A stretch of DNA of 64,000 bases from Tricharina praecox. Taxonomy: Eukaryota. Position 1 is the stretch's first letter; every line of letters starts with the position of its first letter. The notes under the pieces were generated by a model that did not search any database, was not told where the DNA came from, and was given only the letters and a program-made list of their open reading frames with translations. Below, piece after piece: positions 10,761 to 23,705 of the stretch. The position numbers and the translations under genes were made by a program. The stretch spans positions 186,001 through 250,000 of the forward strand of contig NW_026250420.1 in assembly GCF_024521635.1 (NCBI RefSeq). The letters run 5' to 3'.

Positions 10761-11210
10761 GTTTTCTCCAGCTGACTCGTCTAGCTTCTAGGAACACACA
10801 CGAACGCATTTGGTCGGCACATCCGTCACGTTGGAAATTTGAGCATCCGACCATGGTATGAAAGTCGGTCCTTACTTGGGTATTGTCGACAATCTAGTAC
10901 AAGGATGGAACTCAAAGGTTTTATCCGACGTCCTCCCCACGAATTCTGTCATCGTTCAGACAACTGCTGCTGCTTCTTATTGTTCCTCTTCCTCTTTTTA
11001 TTCTTCTTCTGGTCCTTCCTTCAAATTCCTCACACGCCGTTCGTTCGCTCATTCGTTCTCCCGTTCACCTTCCAGTCAATATACCTGGTATCGCCAGCCA
11101 TCGACGCAGCATCCGTCAACACACTCCCTTCGTTACGTGCCTTATACCGCCCACTCTCCTCCCGTCCACGGAATCTACAGCTATTTGTCCCACTTCCCCG
11201 AGTTCGAACC

Positions 11211-12347
11211 ATGCAGCGAAACCGAGAAGACGAAGACGCTATGCGCTGGGGCCGGCAGCAGCAGCAGCAGCAACAACACCAGCAACACCAGCAACACCAG
11301 CACTTGGGATCCGGCGGTCATCACCGCTACTACGGCGACGAAGACTACTTCAAACGGTTTGGAGGCTACCTAACGGGCGGCGACCACGGTCACCACGCCA
11401 TGGCGATGGCAACTCAACAATATGAATATCAGCTCATACCGTATGCGCTCCAGGTTCCCATGGAGCGCTTCCTCAACTCAAACACCTCTGCCGACGACAT
11501 CTCGGGAAGCTACCAGCAACTGCAACTAGAAATTCAGCCGCACACACTACCACAACCTCAACTTCCCTTCCGGGCGCAACCGCCGATGCCGCTGCCGACG
11601 CCGACGTGGGACGTTGACCATAGCGTCTTGCCTAACCGATCGCCAGTCCAACCGACCCCTTCCTTCCCGCCATACCGCTTGACACGGCCGACCTCGCAGC
11701 CAAGCGAAGCCGACTCCGAGAGCCAATTCACCCGGTCCGATCGTGATTCGTTGCCGCACACGCCGATCGACTGCGACAGCGGTCAATACCGTGACGGATG
11801 GAGAAACAGGCCGAGCGCTATGCCCGCGTGCGACCCATCGCTCCTCGACGCTTACAACTCGACGCCGAGCACTTCGCCGTCCATCGCGAACCATCCCTAT
11901 GCTTCTTCTCAGGCTCACGGGAAGAAACAAAACTCTTCGCAGTCGCTGTAAAAACCCTCCCCCTCCAAAGAAAAAAAAATACACTCCACCTCCCTCTCAA
12001 CATCAACTAACATCCGCACCAGCCGAAGCTCCGAAACCAAAAACTTCGCCTGCCCCGAGTGTTCCAAAACCTTTACGCATTCCAATCATTTCAAGTGAGT
12101 CCCCCTCCGCCCTCCCTGCGCCTCTTTTTTTTTCTTTCTCTTTCCGAATCTCGGCCTACCATCCCGAGCTCGAGCTAACTGTTGCAGGAAACACCAAGAC
12201 TCACACAAGGGTAAATCGAAGCCCTGCTTCCTGTGTTCGGGGGTTTACACACGGCGCGACACACTGCTCCGACACCTCAAGGACCAGCACCACCTCGATA
12301 AATGCACCGCCAACGAACAGATCGATCTGATGGAGCGGAGGGCGTAA
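11211..12347 (+). CDS. C2H2 zinc-finger transcription factor (two C-terminal fingers, Q/P-rich N-terminus)
   Basis: Exons 11211-11947, 12023-12094, 12188-12347. Introns GTAAAA..CTAAC..CAG and GTGAGT..CTAAC..CAG. Spliced product FACPECSKTFTHSNHFKKHQDSH-KGKSKP-CFLCSGVYTRRDTLLRHLKDQH. Confidence 0.9.
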
Positions 12348-14784
12348 CTGCTACCTATGTGCCTAGTAACCAGTGAGGAACGAGGCCTTTCGCAGCCAAC
12401 GACAGCGCTTCGACGGGACACGACGGGACACGCGACGATCAGACGATGACGATGCGAATGAGTGATGTGATGCGCTTCGGAGCTTTGCGATGGTTTTTAT
12501 ATATGTTCAACGAAACTATGGTTTTTGGACACCTTCCTCTAATCCATATGGATGTTTGTTTGGTTCGGCACTGGGTCTCTGGGATTTTGTCTTTATTTTG
12601 TCTTTCCTTTTCTTTTATTTTGCTTTTCTCGCACGCACACTCCACACCATACCCCATACCCCTCTCTGTTTCCACCTGTCATGTTTTCCGGGCGTGTACT
12701 GTACAAGTAGAGTAGATACACCATGGCGTTATTGCCTCCTTTGCTTCCTTTGCTTCCTTGGTTTCTTTCTTTCTATTTTTTCACTATTTTTTCAGTTTTG
12801 TTTTCCGCGACGACTCACGAGACGTCCGGCGCTCTCTCGTCGTCGCACCCTGTCCGGACTCCAGAGGTGTCGCCTGCTGCAGAGCGTTGAATTATGGGGC
12901 ACCATGAAGAAGGCGGGGGGGACGCATATAGGCTACATACAGCACGATTGAATTTGAATGCATGTACGATAGAGTGCGTGTTACGGTAGTATGTAATATG
13001 TAGTTGACGGATAGCTATGATATGGGATGATATGATATGATATGATATGATATGATATTGGGATTGTATTTATGTATGTAGAATATCGCCTACAGGCAAG
13101 GAATTGAATTGAAGAGCATCGCTTCTCACTCACTCTTGCGTCGTCGTGACGGTTGGGGAGTCAGGACTCGTGACTGGATGGAAGGAACTGTTACATATCC
13201 AGAATGTGGCGACCGTACGAACCGACATACCTAGAGCACCAACTATAACTGGTAGCGTCTGTACTCTACTGCATAGTAGTTATGCGTACAGTAAGCGGGC
13301 CAGGGGGTGGGATAAACGGTTTGCGGGTACTGGAGTCCAGTCAGTCAAACACAGTAATCGCTGCGAGGACATCAACAGTGAATCGCAAGTAAGAGAGACA
13401 GCGAAGTACCAAGTTTAGGTAGTACTCAATCATAGATGGTAGTAGTAGCTACCGCATATTCGGACCCCACGGTAGTACCGTTTATTCCTAATCTACTGGT
13501 GGCCCGCACGCAAGTCTCAGTCGGCGGGTGGCCCATCGCCCAGCCTGTGATTACTATACACACTCCCCGCCATTGACTACCCTTCTCCCACTCGCACATC
13601 GGACAACCATCCATAGTTAGCGACTCCGCCAGTCGGGGGTAGGCACCATACATAGCAGCTCGGGCTCCACAAAGCCCGACGCGAACCCGCCATACCCTAC
13701 CTCCTGTCATTCCGATCCGAGACACGGGCGCTTCCACCTCGCTGCGATACCGACGAGGAGTGCGCACTGCTCGTTATCTACGTCAGCTGGTACCTAGAGT
13801 ACCCGGTCTGACAGGGACATGCCACGGTACGTATGTCCATATCTACATACATAGCAGCCGCGCTGACCGTGGAAAAAATCCTAACAAGTAGGGATACACA
13901 GGTACACCGGCGAACACGGTGGGGATGTCGAGACTCCACCGTCCTGCAAGAATTGCGACCGCGACCGCGACCCCGGCACTGCCGCTGCTTCAACTGCTGT
14001 AGTGCAGTGCAGTGGTTGATTCTGTTCCTTCTTCTGGCGCATTCTTGGCTGGAAGAATGCCGGTGCACAGCCGTGCTCGCTGTGGCTGTGCGTATCTAGT
14101 TTGTGGTTATTTGGATTTTTTCTTGTTGGGTTTTTTCATGCGGTGGTGTTGGGTACCGTATCGGGTGATGATACCAAGCAAATACCTGCGTGCTTCGTTT
14201 CGGAGCCCGGTTGATTCCACTGAGCCCTCGTTGGCAGCGGGATTCAGCCGCTGGCGAGGATGAAACCCTGATGCGCCCCCCAACACAAAAACCAAAAAAA
14301 TGAGAGTTGGTACATACTCGGAAGGACCACCGCCGGATCGACTAGTTGTATTTTCAGTGTTCTGTGCTTCGGGAGCGGTCGGATGAGCTTCACAGCAGTG
14401 CAGCGCGTGCGCGGCGTTTCTCCTTGGTTGGTCGTTCGTCGGCCTTCACCAACGATTCGCTTTCCGTCACTCGTCATGTGCGGTTTGGTGGTTGAAGTTT
14501 TATCGCGTCTCCTGGCTAGGTCGCGTGTAATGTGGCCAAGCGAACAAGCGCCTCAACCGCCGTAGCTCCGCTGTCTTAGTTTCTACGCGTCCATCAATGA
14601 GTGTTGACGTTCCATTCTAGTTGCTCAAGTGTATCACTAGCCACTTGCGACTCTCGAGTTGCAACGGAACTATGGTAATCCACGCAATTCGAAGAACCCC
14701 CTTTCATCCTTCAGCTCTCTTGCTGTTCATCCTCCTTCTCCTTCTTCTCCTTCTTATTCACCACCATCAACCGCTATCTCAAAG

Positions 14785-15063
14785 ATGGCCGCTGCTACCC
14801 CCACTACCACTATCACCCCCGCCGCCTCGACTCCCGCGGCCACAACCACCGGCAATAGCGCCATCCTGGAGGCTGTGAGCAGTTTCCTTGACATCTTGGC
14901 TTTCTTGGCCGAGCTGACGGCTAGCTTCGACGACGGCGATGACAACGTCATAATCGTCGGGGACAAGCCGGAGGATAATTCCGTGCACGCGAACGAGGAG
15001 GCAATGGAGGCGGAGGACGGTGATGTGTCGATCCGCCCAACATTTTGCCGCCACAGACTGTAG
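14785..15063 (+). pseudogene. Dispersed paralogue of the small acidic orphan family (short gene or relic)
   Basis: MAAATPTTTITPAASTPAATTTGNSAILEA matches the family N-terminus and follows a CT-rich leader. An intron-like GTGAGC..CTGAC..TAG lies at 14875-14924, but splicing it gives a stop after 5 codons. The unspliced ORF is 92 aa. Confidence 0.45.
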
Positions 15064-17575
15064 TCGATGTCAGTCGACGGCAGTCAAGTATTTGGGCACT
15101 CCTGCAATTAGCGCAGAGCCTGAACGAGGTTTCACTGGGGCTAAAATCACATACTCTCATCGCCGCGGCAGCATGGGTGATGGCGCACTGGAGGCACTGG
15201 AATGTCTCAAAAGCTGACAATGGGATGGGCTTGTATTTGCAACAAAGGGCGGTATCAAGGAGATGGGACTATACTAGATGTACTATACGAGTGGGATTTA
15301 CAAGACGTATAGAAAAAAGTTCACCGGCGCTTTGTGCATGCATGACCAGGAGGAAAGACCTTTGCTGTCACAGACTCACAGCAAAGGAAGAAAACCTCCG
15401 CGTATAACCTGGGTGGATAGTAGGCCAAGCTATACGCGTATAACTCGGAAGTTATACTTTCTTTTTTTTTCTTCCTCATCAACACGAAACTGCCTGTCAC
15501 CTGGTTTCGGAGAGGCCATCCACCGAGAGCAAGTCGGCTCTCCCCCAACTTGGACTCCCGGAGGAAGGGGGAAAGAACTTTGCTGGCAGCAGAAGAGAAA
15601 ACCCCGATCTTTTCCGCTCAGCCTCGAGGGTCGGATCCGTCTACTGTCTCTGCAACAGTCTACTTTGTAGACTGGTTGCACGGATCCATCAGTTCCTCGC
15701 TACTACGGCTGAGCAGGATAGCTCTGTAAGGTTATCCTGGAAGTACAAAGTGGGGGGGAGAGCACGTACCTCAAAGAGTAAGCCTTGGCGCCGATATCGG
15801 ACCGTGAAAACCAATCATAAGTCAGTAGCATGAATCAACAAGTAGGCAATATCCTCGTTAGCGGTTGGCGTAACAGTCTTATCATCTGTACGGGGGTATG
15901 AATATTCGGAATTTGGAATGGTGTCTGGCAGCGTAGCAAGACTCTCGTCGAGATTTTGAAAAGAAGGAGATGAGGTTAATGGTTGGGTAATGATTGTTCT
16001 GCATAGGGATTGGTTCTGGATGTGTGGAGGAGAGATGGAGGAAGAGTTGGGAGGAAAGATGGGATTTCATAGGTGAACTAGGTACTAGCGCCCCTAGTGT
16101 GGGACACATCCTTGACTACCGTTTTTGACCGGTATTTTGATCCTCGGACGTGGACCTTGGACGGAATTCTTTCCAAGGTGGTATGTCTGGTTGTCGGCTA
16201 GGGATCTGCGAGGTTAGGCTCGCTTGTTTTGCACTGACATTTCTGCTTTGTTTTGATCGTGCTTGCTCGTAGCAACGGTGTTTTTGCCGGTCTTTTGAGC
16301 TGGTGTCGCCGCGTCGGTCTGGTAGGGTCTGTCTGGGGTCCTCTCGGCTCTCCCTATTTAAACCAGGGTGGTCCCCACTTTTTGTTTCTTCCTTTCTTCT
16401 CTTTCTTTCCTTGCCTGCTTCCTGATTTGTTACAGTCGTTAGTTGGTCAACTTTACTATGTGTCTGGACTCGTGTGTCCGCTCTTTCTAGTGTGTCTTTC
16501 TGCTTGCCACCTGGACTCCACAGGTGGTCCTTTTAGTGTGTGTCCTTGGACTGCTGTGTCCCCTTCTCGTTGCATCTCTGGCACGCTTGCCGGAACCACT
16601 ACTTTTCTGTCCTTCACGTTCGACCCTCTTGCCCCTCACTCTACCCCCCTTCTACAATCCCGTCCTTCTTCTGTCTACCTGGGGCCGTTCTCAACCTAGT
16701 GTCTCACTAGGCGTGACTCCAAAGCTAGCTTTCCAGCAAACACCGCTACATTCTAAGGTGTCGATGCACGTTTGACATCACACGAAATCATTCGACCACC
16801 GAGCGAGTAAATATGAACTCCTTCCCACAGCGAAGAATACTCTAGTGACAAACGCGCAAGTACTGTATAGTGAAGGGGGTATTTTTTGCCCCGCTTCACC
16901 ATACAGCAATTACTGATTGAACAAAAACAAAAAAAGAACAGCGTTCGCCGCACACACAAAGCCGATATCATCCTCTTGCACAGCTGACAGAGAAACAACT
17001 CTTCTTAGCCGTTGTTGGTGACTAGAAACCAGCCGAGGGCATGGAAAGCAGCCGTGGATCGAGAGTGCAGAGTTACAAGTCGGCTCCAGTTCTGCTAGTA
17101 GCCTAGTACTCGAGATTCCCGCGAGAGTGCGGCTCGTATCCGAGTAGAACTTTGGAAGCATCAACGCGTTCGTCTATGATCGTCGTATACCGATCAAATG
17201 ATCTAGTATTGCACCCTACTGTTGCGAGTCCGTGACTGTGCTACTAGTACATACCCGGGCGTGCACACACGGATCAGATGTTCTGCTCCGCGCGCTTCAC
17301 TGAACGTCACCCCTACCGAGAGACATCTCATGTCTCCGTGGCTGCGACAAGCCTCAATAACGACTCATAGCGGCGATTCAGTTCAAGCACCGAGTGGGTT
17401 TTCTCCCCATCAGGTTTCTCCTTCATCCTCCATTCCTCTCTCTCTCTTCCCCGTCCTTCTTCCTCCCAGCTTCATATTCACCACCAACTGCTCCACACAT
17501 TACACATCTCGTCGAGAACGAAAATAAGAGCCAAAACCCTCTCATTTCCCACAATCCACAATCACAATATCAATA

Positions 17576-18097
17576 ATGGCTGCTTCTACCATCACTACTG
17601 GTGCCCCAACCCTCACCACCACTACCGGCAATAATGCCACCCTCGAGGCCATCAGCACTGTATGATGTTACCTACGATATTTAATCATTAAAAGCTTGCA
17701 ACCTAACCAGATCATGGCAAATATGCCCCAGAATTCTCGGGCAACACTTCACGTGCCATCACTCGCTGGCCGAGTGACTTCAAACGCCTCGTTGGCAGCG
17801 ACTCTCGCAGACGAGCGACGCAGCCAGACCATCTTCGATTTCCTCCCCAATTATGATGTAAGGAGACGGATGTTAGAGGCTGCTGATGAAGATGTAGCGA
17901 GTGAGGTATCCGAATGGCAGATCAGGAAGCGGGAAGAAATGGATGCAGACCTGAGGCGAGAGGAGGAGGAGGGTGCTGAGGCGAGGAGCCGGAGTCATGC
18001 CCGCTGTTCCTTCCCACACCATCATTCATGGTATCTCCTGATGAAGATGCAAGGTCGGGGCGGAGTAGGAAGAGGGAACAACATTTTTCTCTCCTAG
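17576..18097 (+). CDS. Small acidic orphan protein (~156 aa), best-preserved member of the local family
   Basis: Exon 17576-17659 (MAASTITTGAPTLTTTTGNNATLEAIST), intron 17660-17710 (GTATGA..CTAACCAG), exon 17711-18097 in frame. The leader and 3' flank (18504-18575) are homologous to the array units. Confidence 0.55.
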
Positions 18098-21000
18098 TGT
18101 TATTTCTTTCGTGCACGCATATATCGTCGGATCAGGACACGGCGGGGGCAGGGGGCAGGGAAAGCTACTACAATGAAGCGGGCAAGGGATATCAACTATG
18201 GCCGCTGTAGGACGATGGATAGCGTTCGTCGAGCGTGAGCCACTTTCGCCCACGACGGGCGATCGGGCTTCCCGAAACAGACGTTGTACGAATCGCCAGT
18301 TTACCGGTCCAGCGGTAACGCCTACGCCGCGGATTCATGGTAAGGCAAATTCCGTCCTTCTTCAGCAGCTTGAACTGACTGTGACCATGCAGTGCCAACT
18401 AGGGTCCTGGGCGATATCACCAACGGACAACAACCACCGCGCCGTCGTGGAAGACGAGCGAATAGGACAACTTGGACGGACTTTGCGTCGAATTAAGTTC
18501 CTCTATCGAAAATAACTGCATCCTCAATGACTTTTTTTTTTGCACCCTTTGGACTTTCGAGCTAGCCGCGACGCTGCGAATACGGCGGTCGTAAGTGAGC
18601 AAATAGCCACCTGTTTTGCATTGTGCATTGCGCATTTGACATTTGGCATTTGGCTTTTTGCGACACGGGTTCTTGCCACCGACCGTTTTGAAAACAGCGC
18701 TAGTCGCCCCACCCCACACCACAAAAGAGCGCCCACAGAGAGAAAAAGAGAGAAAAAGAGAGAGCAAAAGGAAGCGGAAAAGGGCGAAAATTGCGACAGG
18801 ATAGTAGGTGACAACAAGAAGACCATCAACCCCGCTAACTGGTAGCAGGCCGCCGAGCCAGATGTTGCGGGTGGAGTACGAGGCCGCACGACTGTTGCTG
18901 GCTGGTTGGCTGGAGCGCTGAGACGGAGTCAGGCATGGATGGAAACCCAAAAACAAAGCCCTCCGAGCAAGGAACTGTGCCCCATACACATACATGGCCG
19001 GACATGGCTAGTGAGCCGGTGCTGTGGAGTAGAGCGTCGACCAGAGGGGAGAAGTGAAGCACTCTACGCGTTGCTTTTTTATTTTTCTTCTTTTTTATTT
19101 TTCTTCTTTTTTCTTTGCTTCTTTTTTCTTTGCCTCTTTTTTCTTTTCTCTCCCCCCCGCAGCCCAACCCAAGGGTTCAGACGAAAATCATGGAGGGCAG
19201 GATAGAATGGAATGGAATAGGAATGGTGTATCGATGTGAGCCTCAGCCCGAGAGGGGAAGGGAAGGGAGCGGACTGCCCGATCCAGATTGCAGCTTACGG
19301 TGGCGATATCTTACCTACCAAGTGACCGCCGCAAACTCAAAGATGTGGTAGGTATCGGTCCTAGGTAGTAGGGTAGGGAGGGGAATGTGCACATTCTCTT
19401 CACTGTCTCATCTCAAGACTCAGCCTTGGTGTTCGCTGGTTTTCTGGGGGTAGCCACTGGTATCATAGTTACTACAGGCGAGGGTGTTCTGGTCCAGCTA
19501 CTCGTATGATGTACAATACTCTAGGTATGATAGTGTTCTCCATAGTCCCGTCCAGGTTGCAGTGCGGACGGGACGGATTGCCAAGATCAAGTCCCATCCG
19601 ACCTTTCTGGTGGACTAGTCCGTCCGAACACCGCTCCGGGACGGACTGCCAAGATACAGTCCAGTCCACTGCAGTGCGGGGCTCAGGACGGATGGGCTGG
19701 ACTATGTCGAACACTAGATGACGAGGAGGAGGAGAAGGAGGAGGAGGAGAAGGAGTTGCTGACCGTCATAGGTAGCTCAGCCCGTCTACTCTACTCGATA
19801 CCGTACCTGCCTACAAGCGCCCAGGCTTACTTGTCGTCGACGTCGAAGTCGCCACTCGGAGCGGTGATCACAAACCAACCGCATTGGAGCGGTTTCCGAG
19901 GCTGACCAGGCCGTGCCATCGGAGCGGGCAAGGGCGGGGCAGCGCCGGGGATTGGGGTGGCCGAGATCTCAGCTCATAATTAACCGTTTATTTTTTCGCT
20001 AGAGGCCGGGGAGCAGATGCGATGGGTCGGACTGGGGTGGCTGTCACGCTGTCACCCTGCAAAAAATAACGGGATGCGGTTAAGTTGAGAAGAAGAAGAA
20101 GAAGCTTATGCAGAGTTGCTGCAGGGGAGGAGACGGTGGACCGTGGCACGGATCCAACCATCCAGCTTCCAGACCGCGCAACGGATGCGCAGCCGCGACG
20201 AGGCTGCGGAGTTGGTCGATCATTGTTCTACTATACTCGGGGCACGACTAACCGAGTAGGCCGGGGCCTCGTTTTGAAAGAAAAAAAGTTTGCATACCGA
20301 TGAAGCTTACTCCAATCTTACCGGTGCTGACTCAAGTAGGGTGAGTGACTCTACAACGGGTGACAGGTGCAGGAGACGGCAATTTCCCGCCATGAAGTTC
20401 GAGTGCAGTGAATCTCAACGAATGACATCATGCGTACGAAGTGTTTCGGAGGGTGCAGCTCAGGGGTATTTTTCTGACATCTCACACTGACGATACTGAC
20501 AACACTGACAACACTGACAAACGCAGATCAGGAGTATTGTTCTTGACATCTCACATTAGCGACAGACAAAACAATGTGAACGCGGCTCCCCGGATCCACC
20601 GGTTATCGAGACAATCGCTCCCCTCCCGGGCCTCCCCTCCCTTGTCGACGTATTCGTCGCTGTTTCCTCTGTCAGATCTACCTGCAAACTGCAGGAGCCT
20701 CACCATCCATTGCCCCTGCAATGGCAAAGAATACAACCAAATTTTCTGTCGAAAGAACAATTCATGACAGTTGTAATTGTCATCTGAGATCCGAGTGTTA
20801 ATGCCGAGTTATTCAATGGAAGGAGATATGGATTACCAGCTCTACCTCGACCTTCACAACAGCGGCGTCCTCCTCCACCCCATAGTTACCCCGCCCCAAG
20901 AGTCCTTACCGCCCATTTGGTGATCCTGCAGTAACTCGAAGGCCCTGCCAACTCCTCATCGACCTCCGAAAGTCGCACGAGTGGGAAGACTTCCATACAC

Positions 21001-22961
21001 CGGATGTCAGCTAGTTATGGCCTGCAGAATGGCGCGAGATACGTTACCTTTTCGGCATCCGTCCGGTGGTGGACGTAATAAAGAGGGGGCATGTCTGCGG
21101 GCCGGCCAACGTCCGAACTTCTGGCGGTTATCTAGTGCGGGTACCTCCCGCATGATACAAATAACAATCGTCATCCGCTTTGATCGATGTTGGAGCACTC
21201 CAGTGTTGCTGCGATAGCATGATCTGCACTTCTCAGTTTTTTTGTTTAATCATCATTGCATTCGACCTTGATAGATCTTGGTAGATTACATAACCCTTTC
21301 CACCCCACTGTCTCCGACTACTGTCCCCAAGCTCGATGTGGGTTCCCAATTGCTCTCCGCCCGGCCCATCCGCACATCGAAAGAAAGATAGAAAGAAAGA
21401 CAGAAAGAAAGAAGAAAAATAAGGTGATAAATGAAAAGGAAAAGCACCCGCGACATGCCCATCAGTCTTTTACAAAAACCCACATTAAAGTTCCTTTTTC
21501 CCAATCAGTTCCTATGTCCAGTCTAACGCCTCATCTCTCTGCACTTCTCAGTCATCTTGCCCACAATTACACTTGACAGGTTGGCTCACGAAAGAGTGCC
21601 TTTTCGCAGATACATTTGACCGGTTGGTTGACCGTAGTGAACATTCCCCTGCGCATGATCCCAAAATACACCCGCTTCGCCGGCCCATCACTCGCATCTA
21701 AATGACACCTTTCTCATCGGGGTTGAGAAGGTTGGCAAGCGTCAATACCGACAGCAACGTCTTGGAACTTACTTCTCCGCGTCCTATCGAAAGTCAAGTT
21801 GGTCTTAAAAGGAACGGACGGCATCGGACGCTCCAAACAGTGCCTCTCGGTGGTGTATCCATTTTTGCCGAGCGGTAATCCGTCAAGATCCAGCGGGCAA
21901 GTGCAAGTGGATTGCATGTTGATGGCAAGTGGTGTCGGTTTTCACTGCTTCTCACTCTTGTGAGGAACTCGTTCCCGGGGGCTGGGGTTATGTCAACGAT
22001 GAACGTGCTGCGGTCGGAGCTAAGCTGCACGCCGGGGCGTGGGACGGAGAATGCGTGATGATGGGTGATTTTTTCGTAGATCTCGCTTTACTTCTTTCCC
22101 TTGAGTCGTGTACTTCGTGGTGAAGGTCATGGGCATGTCGCTATTTGATGAGGGATGAGGGAGTAGTCAACTCCAGAAAGCGGGAAGGGCCGGGAGGTCT
22201 CGAGCCACACGCCCGGCGTTGGAGAGGACTATTGACGGGGGCCGAAGACGCCGAAGAGGACCCGTTCGTCCCGAGATGATGAGGTATCATCGTTCCGTTC
22301 CAAGACCCCTGGCCAGAGAAGATGAGTCCGTAGCAGCATCAAGGGCAGCATGAACCCTAGCGGAATGCTAGTTGACCTGAATATGTAGTTCCCCAGACAC
22401 TCTGTGCTTGATACGTACCTGACGGGTAAGGTGATTAGATGTCAGGCCCGCTACCGATAACCGCTGAACCTGTGGTGAGAAATGTGGAGAAAATTGTGGA
22501 AAGGGAGGCGTCGAGAGAGGTAAGAGAGGAAGGTGGAGAGGAATGTGGAGAAGAAGGTAGGTATTGGGGGAGGTAGAACAAAAGGGGAAGAGAAAGGTTG
22601 CGAGAAAGGTGTAAAATAGTGTAAAGAAATGTAGAGAGGAAGGTGGGGATGAAGGTGAAGAGAAAGGTGTGAGGGAAGGTGGTGAGGGAGGTGGGGATGG
22701 GGGTAGTGGTGGACTTCTTCGTGAAGGCGAGCGTCTCTGCTACTGCGGTGAGCTGGCATATAAGTAGGGTTGTAGAGAGAGTGGAATTATTGGGCGGTAA
22801 GGAAAAGAAAGGAAGGAATCATTACCGAGAGATGGAAGGGAACTCGTACTGCTGGATGGTGACAATGCCTCCGAGGGCTATGTGATGGATTGTGGTGTTA
22901 TCGGACATGAGTTGGAAGGAGAACAGAGCTGCCTGGTGTTGTGATTGCATTTATATGACGG

Positions 22962-23032
22962 GTCGGCCAAAATTGAGTCCTCCAATGCACTGTCGGCCAA
23001 AATTCAGTCGTGCAAGCACTGTCGGCCAAAAT
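22962..23032. repeat. GTCGGCCAAAAT x3 at 29-30 bp period
   Basis: Copies at 22962, 22992 and 23021. Confidence 0.9.
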
Positions 23033-23575
23033 ATTTCCTTTGTTCGAAGTGAAATATATTGTTCAGATCCCTATTCGGGGAACTGAGATTCCACCACAGG
23101 TTAGCGGCATCTGCGGTGGAATTCCAACCAAGTAGTGACCGCGAGAACAATTTTATATTACCCCGTCTTCCCTCTCTCCCTTCCACTATCAAACACACCT
23201 CACCCCCCGGTCCTCCCTCCGGCCTTCCCTCCGCTCTCTGCCTTCCCTCTCCTCTTGCGCTGTCAAACACATCTCTCCCCCTGGCTCTCCCTCCCGCCCT
23301 CCCCCCGCTCTCTTCTCTTTCTCTCCCGCCTTCCTCTATATAAACCCCCCTCCCTCCCCCTCCTCTCTCTCTCTATCCGCTATCAAACACACATACTTTT
23401 CATGCCTCGCTGCAACTTTAGGTTCAATTTTCTTCTACATCTCACAGAATTTTCGAGACGAGTCAGATCTTTTTAAATACGTTTAATAAGTCTAAAAATA
23501 TAACCAACAACATTCCCGCCTATGAATACCCTTTCCTCAGACAGTCGGCTACCAGGAATGACTTCTCGGACTTTC

Positions 23576-23705
23576 CCTTTTCCAACCTCATCCCCCACTC
23601 TTCCTCTGTTACAACCTTTTCCTAAGCCACTTGGCTACCTTTTCCGACCTCTCATCCCGCACTCTTCCTCTGTTACACCCTTTTCCTAAGCCAATAGGCT
23701 ACCTT
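23576..23705. repeat. ~64-bp diverged direct repeat x2
   Basis: cactcttcctctgttaca..cttttcctaagcca..ggctacct occurs twice. Confidence 0.9.

Noticed and set aside
10839..11210. In-frame upstream extension of the C2H2 ORF with a hydrophobic FLLFLFLFLFFFW stretch
   Set aside because: It derives from a CT-rich leader typical of fungal 5'UTRs; ATG 11211 (accATG) is the better start.
19980..20083. Imperfect inverted repeat (ttaaccgtttattttttcgc ... gcaaaaaataacgg..cggttaa)
   Set aside because: Short, A/T-run driven and without a target-site duplication; not enough for a MITE or an RNA hairpin call.
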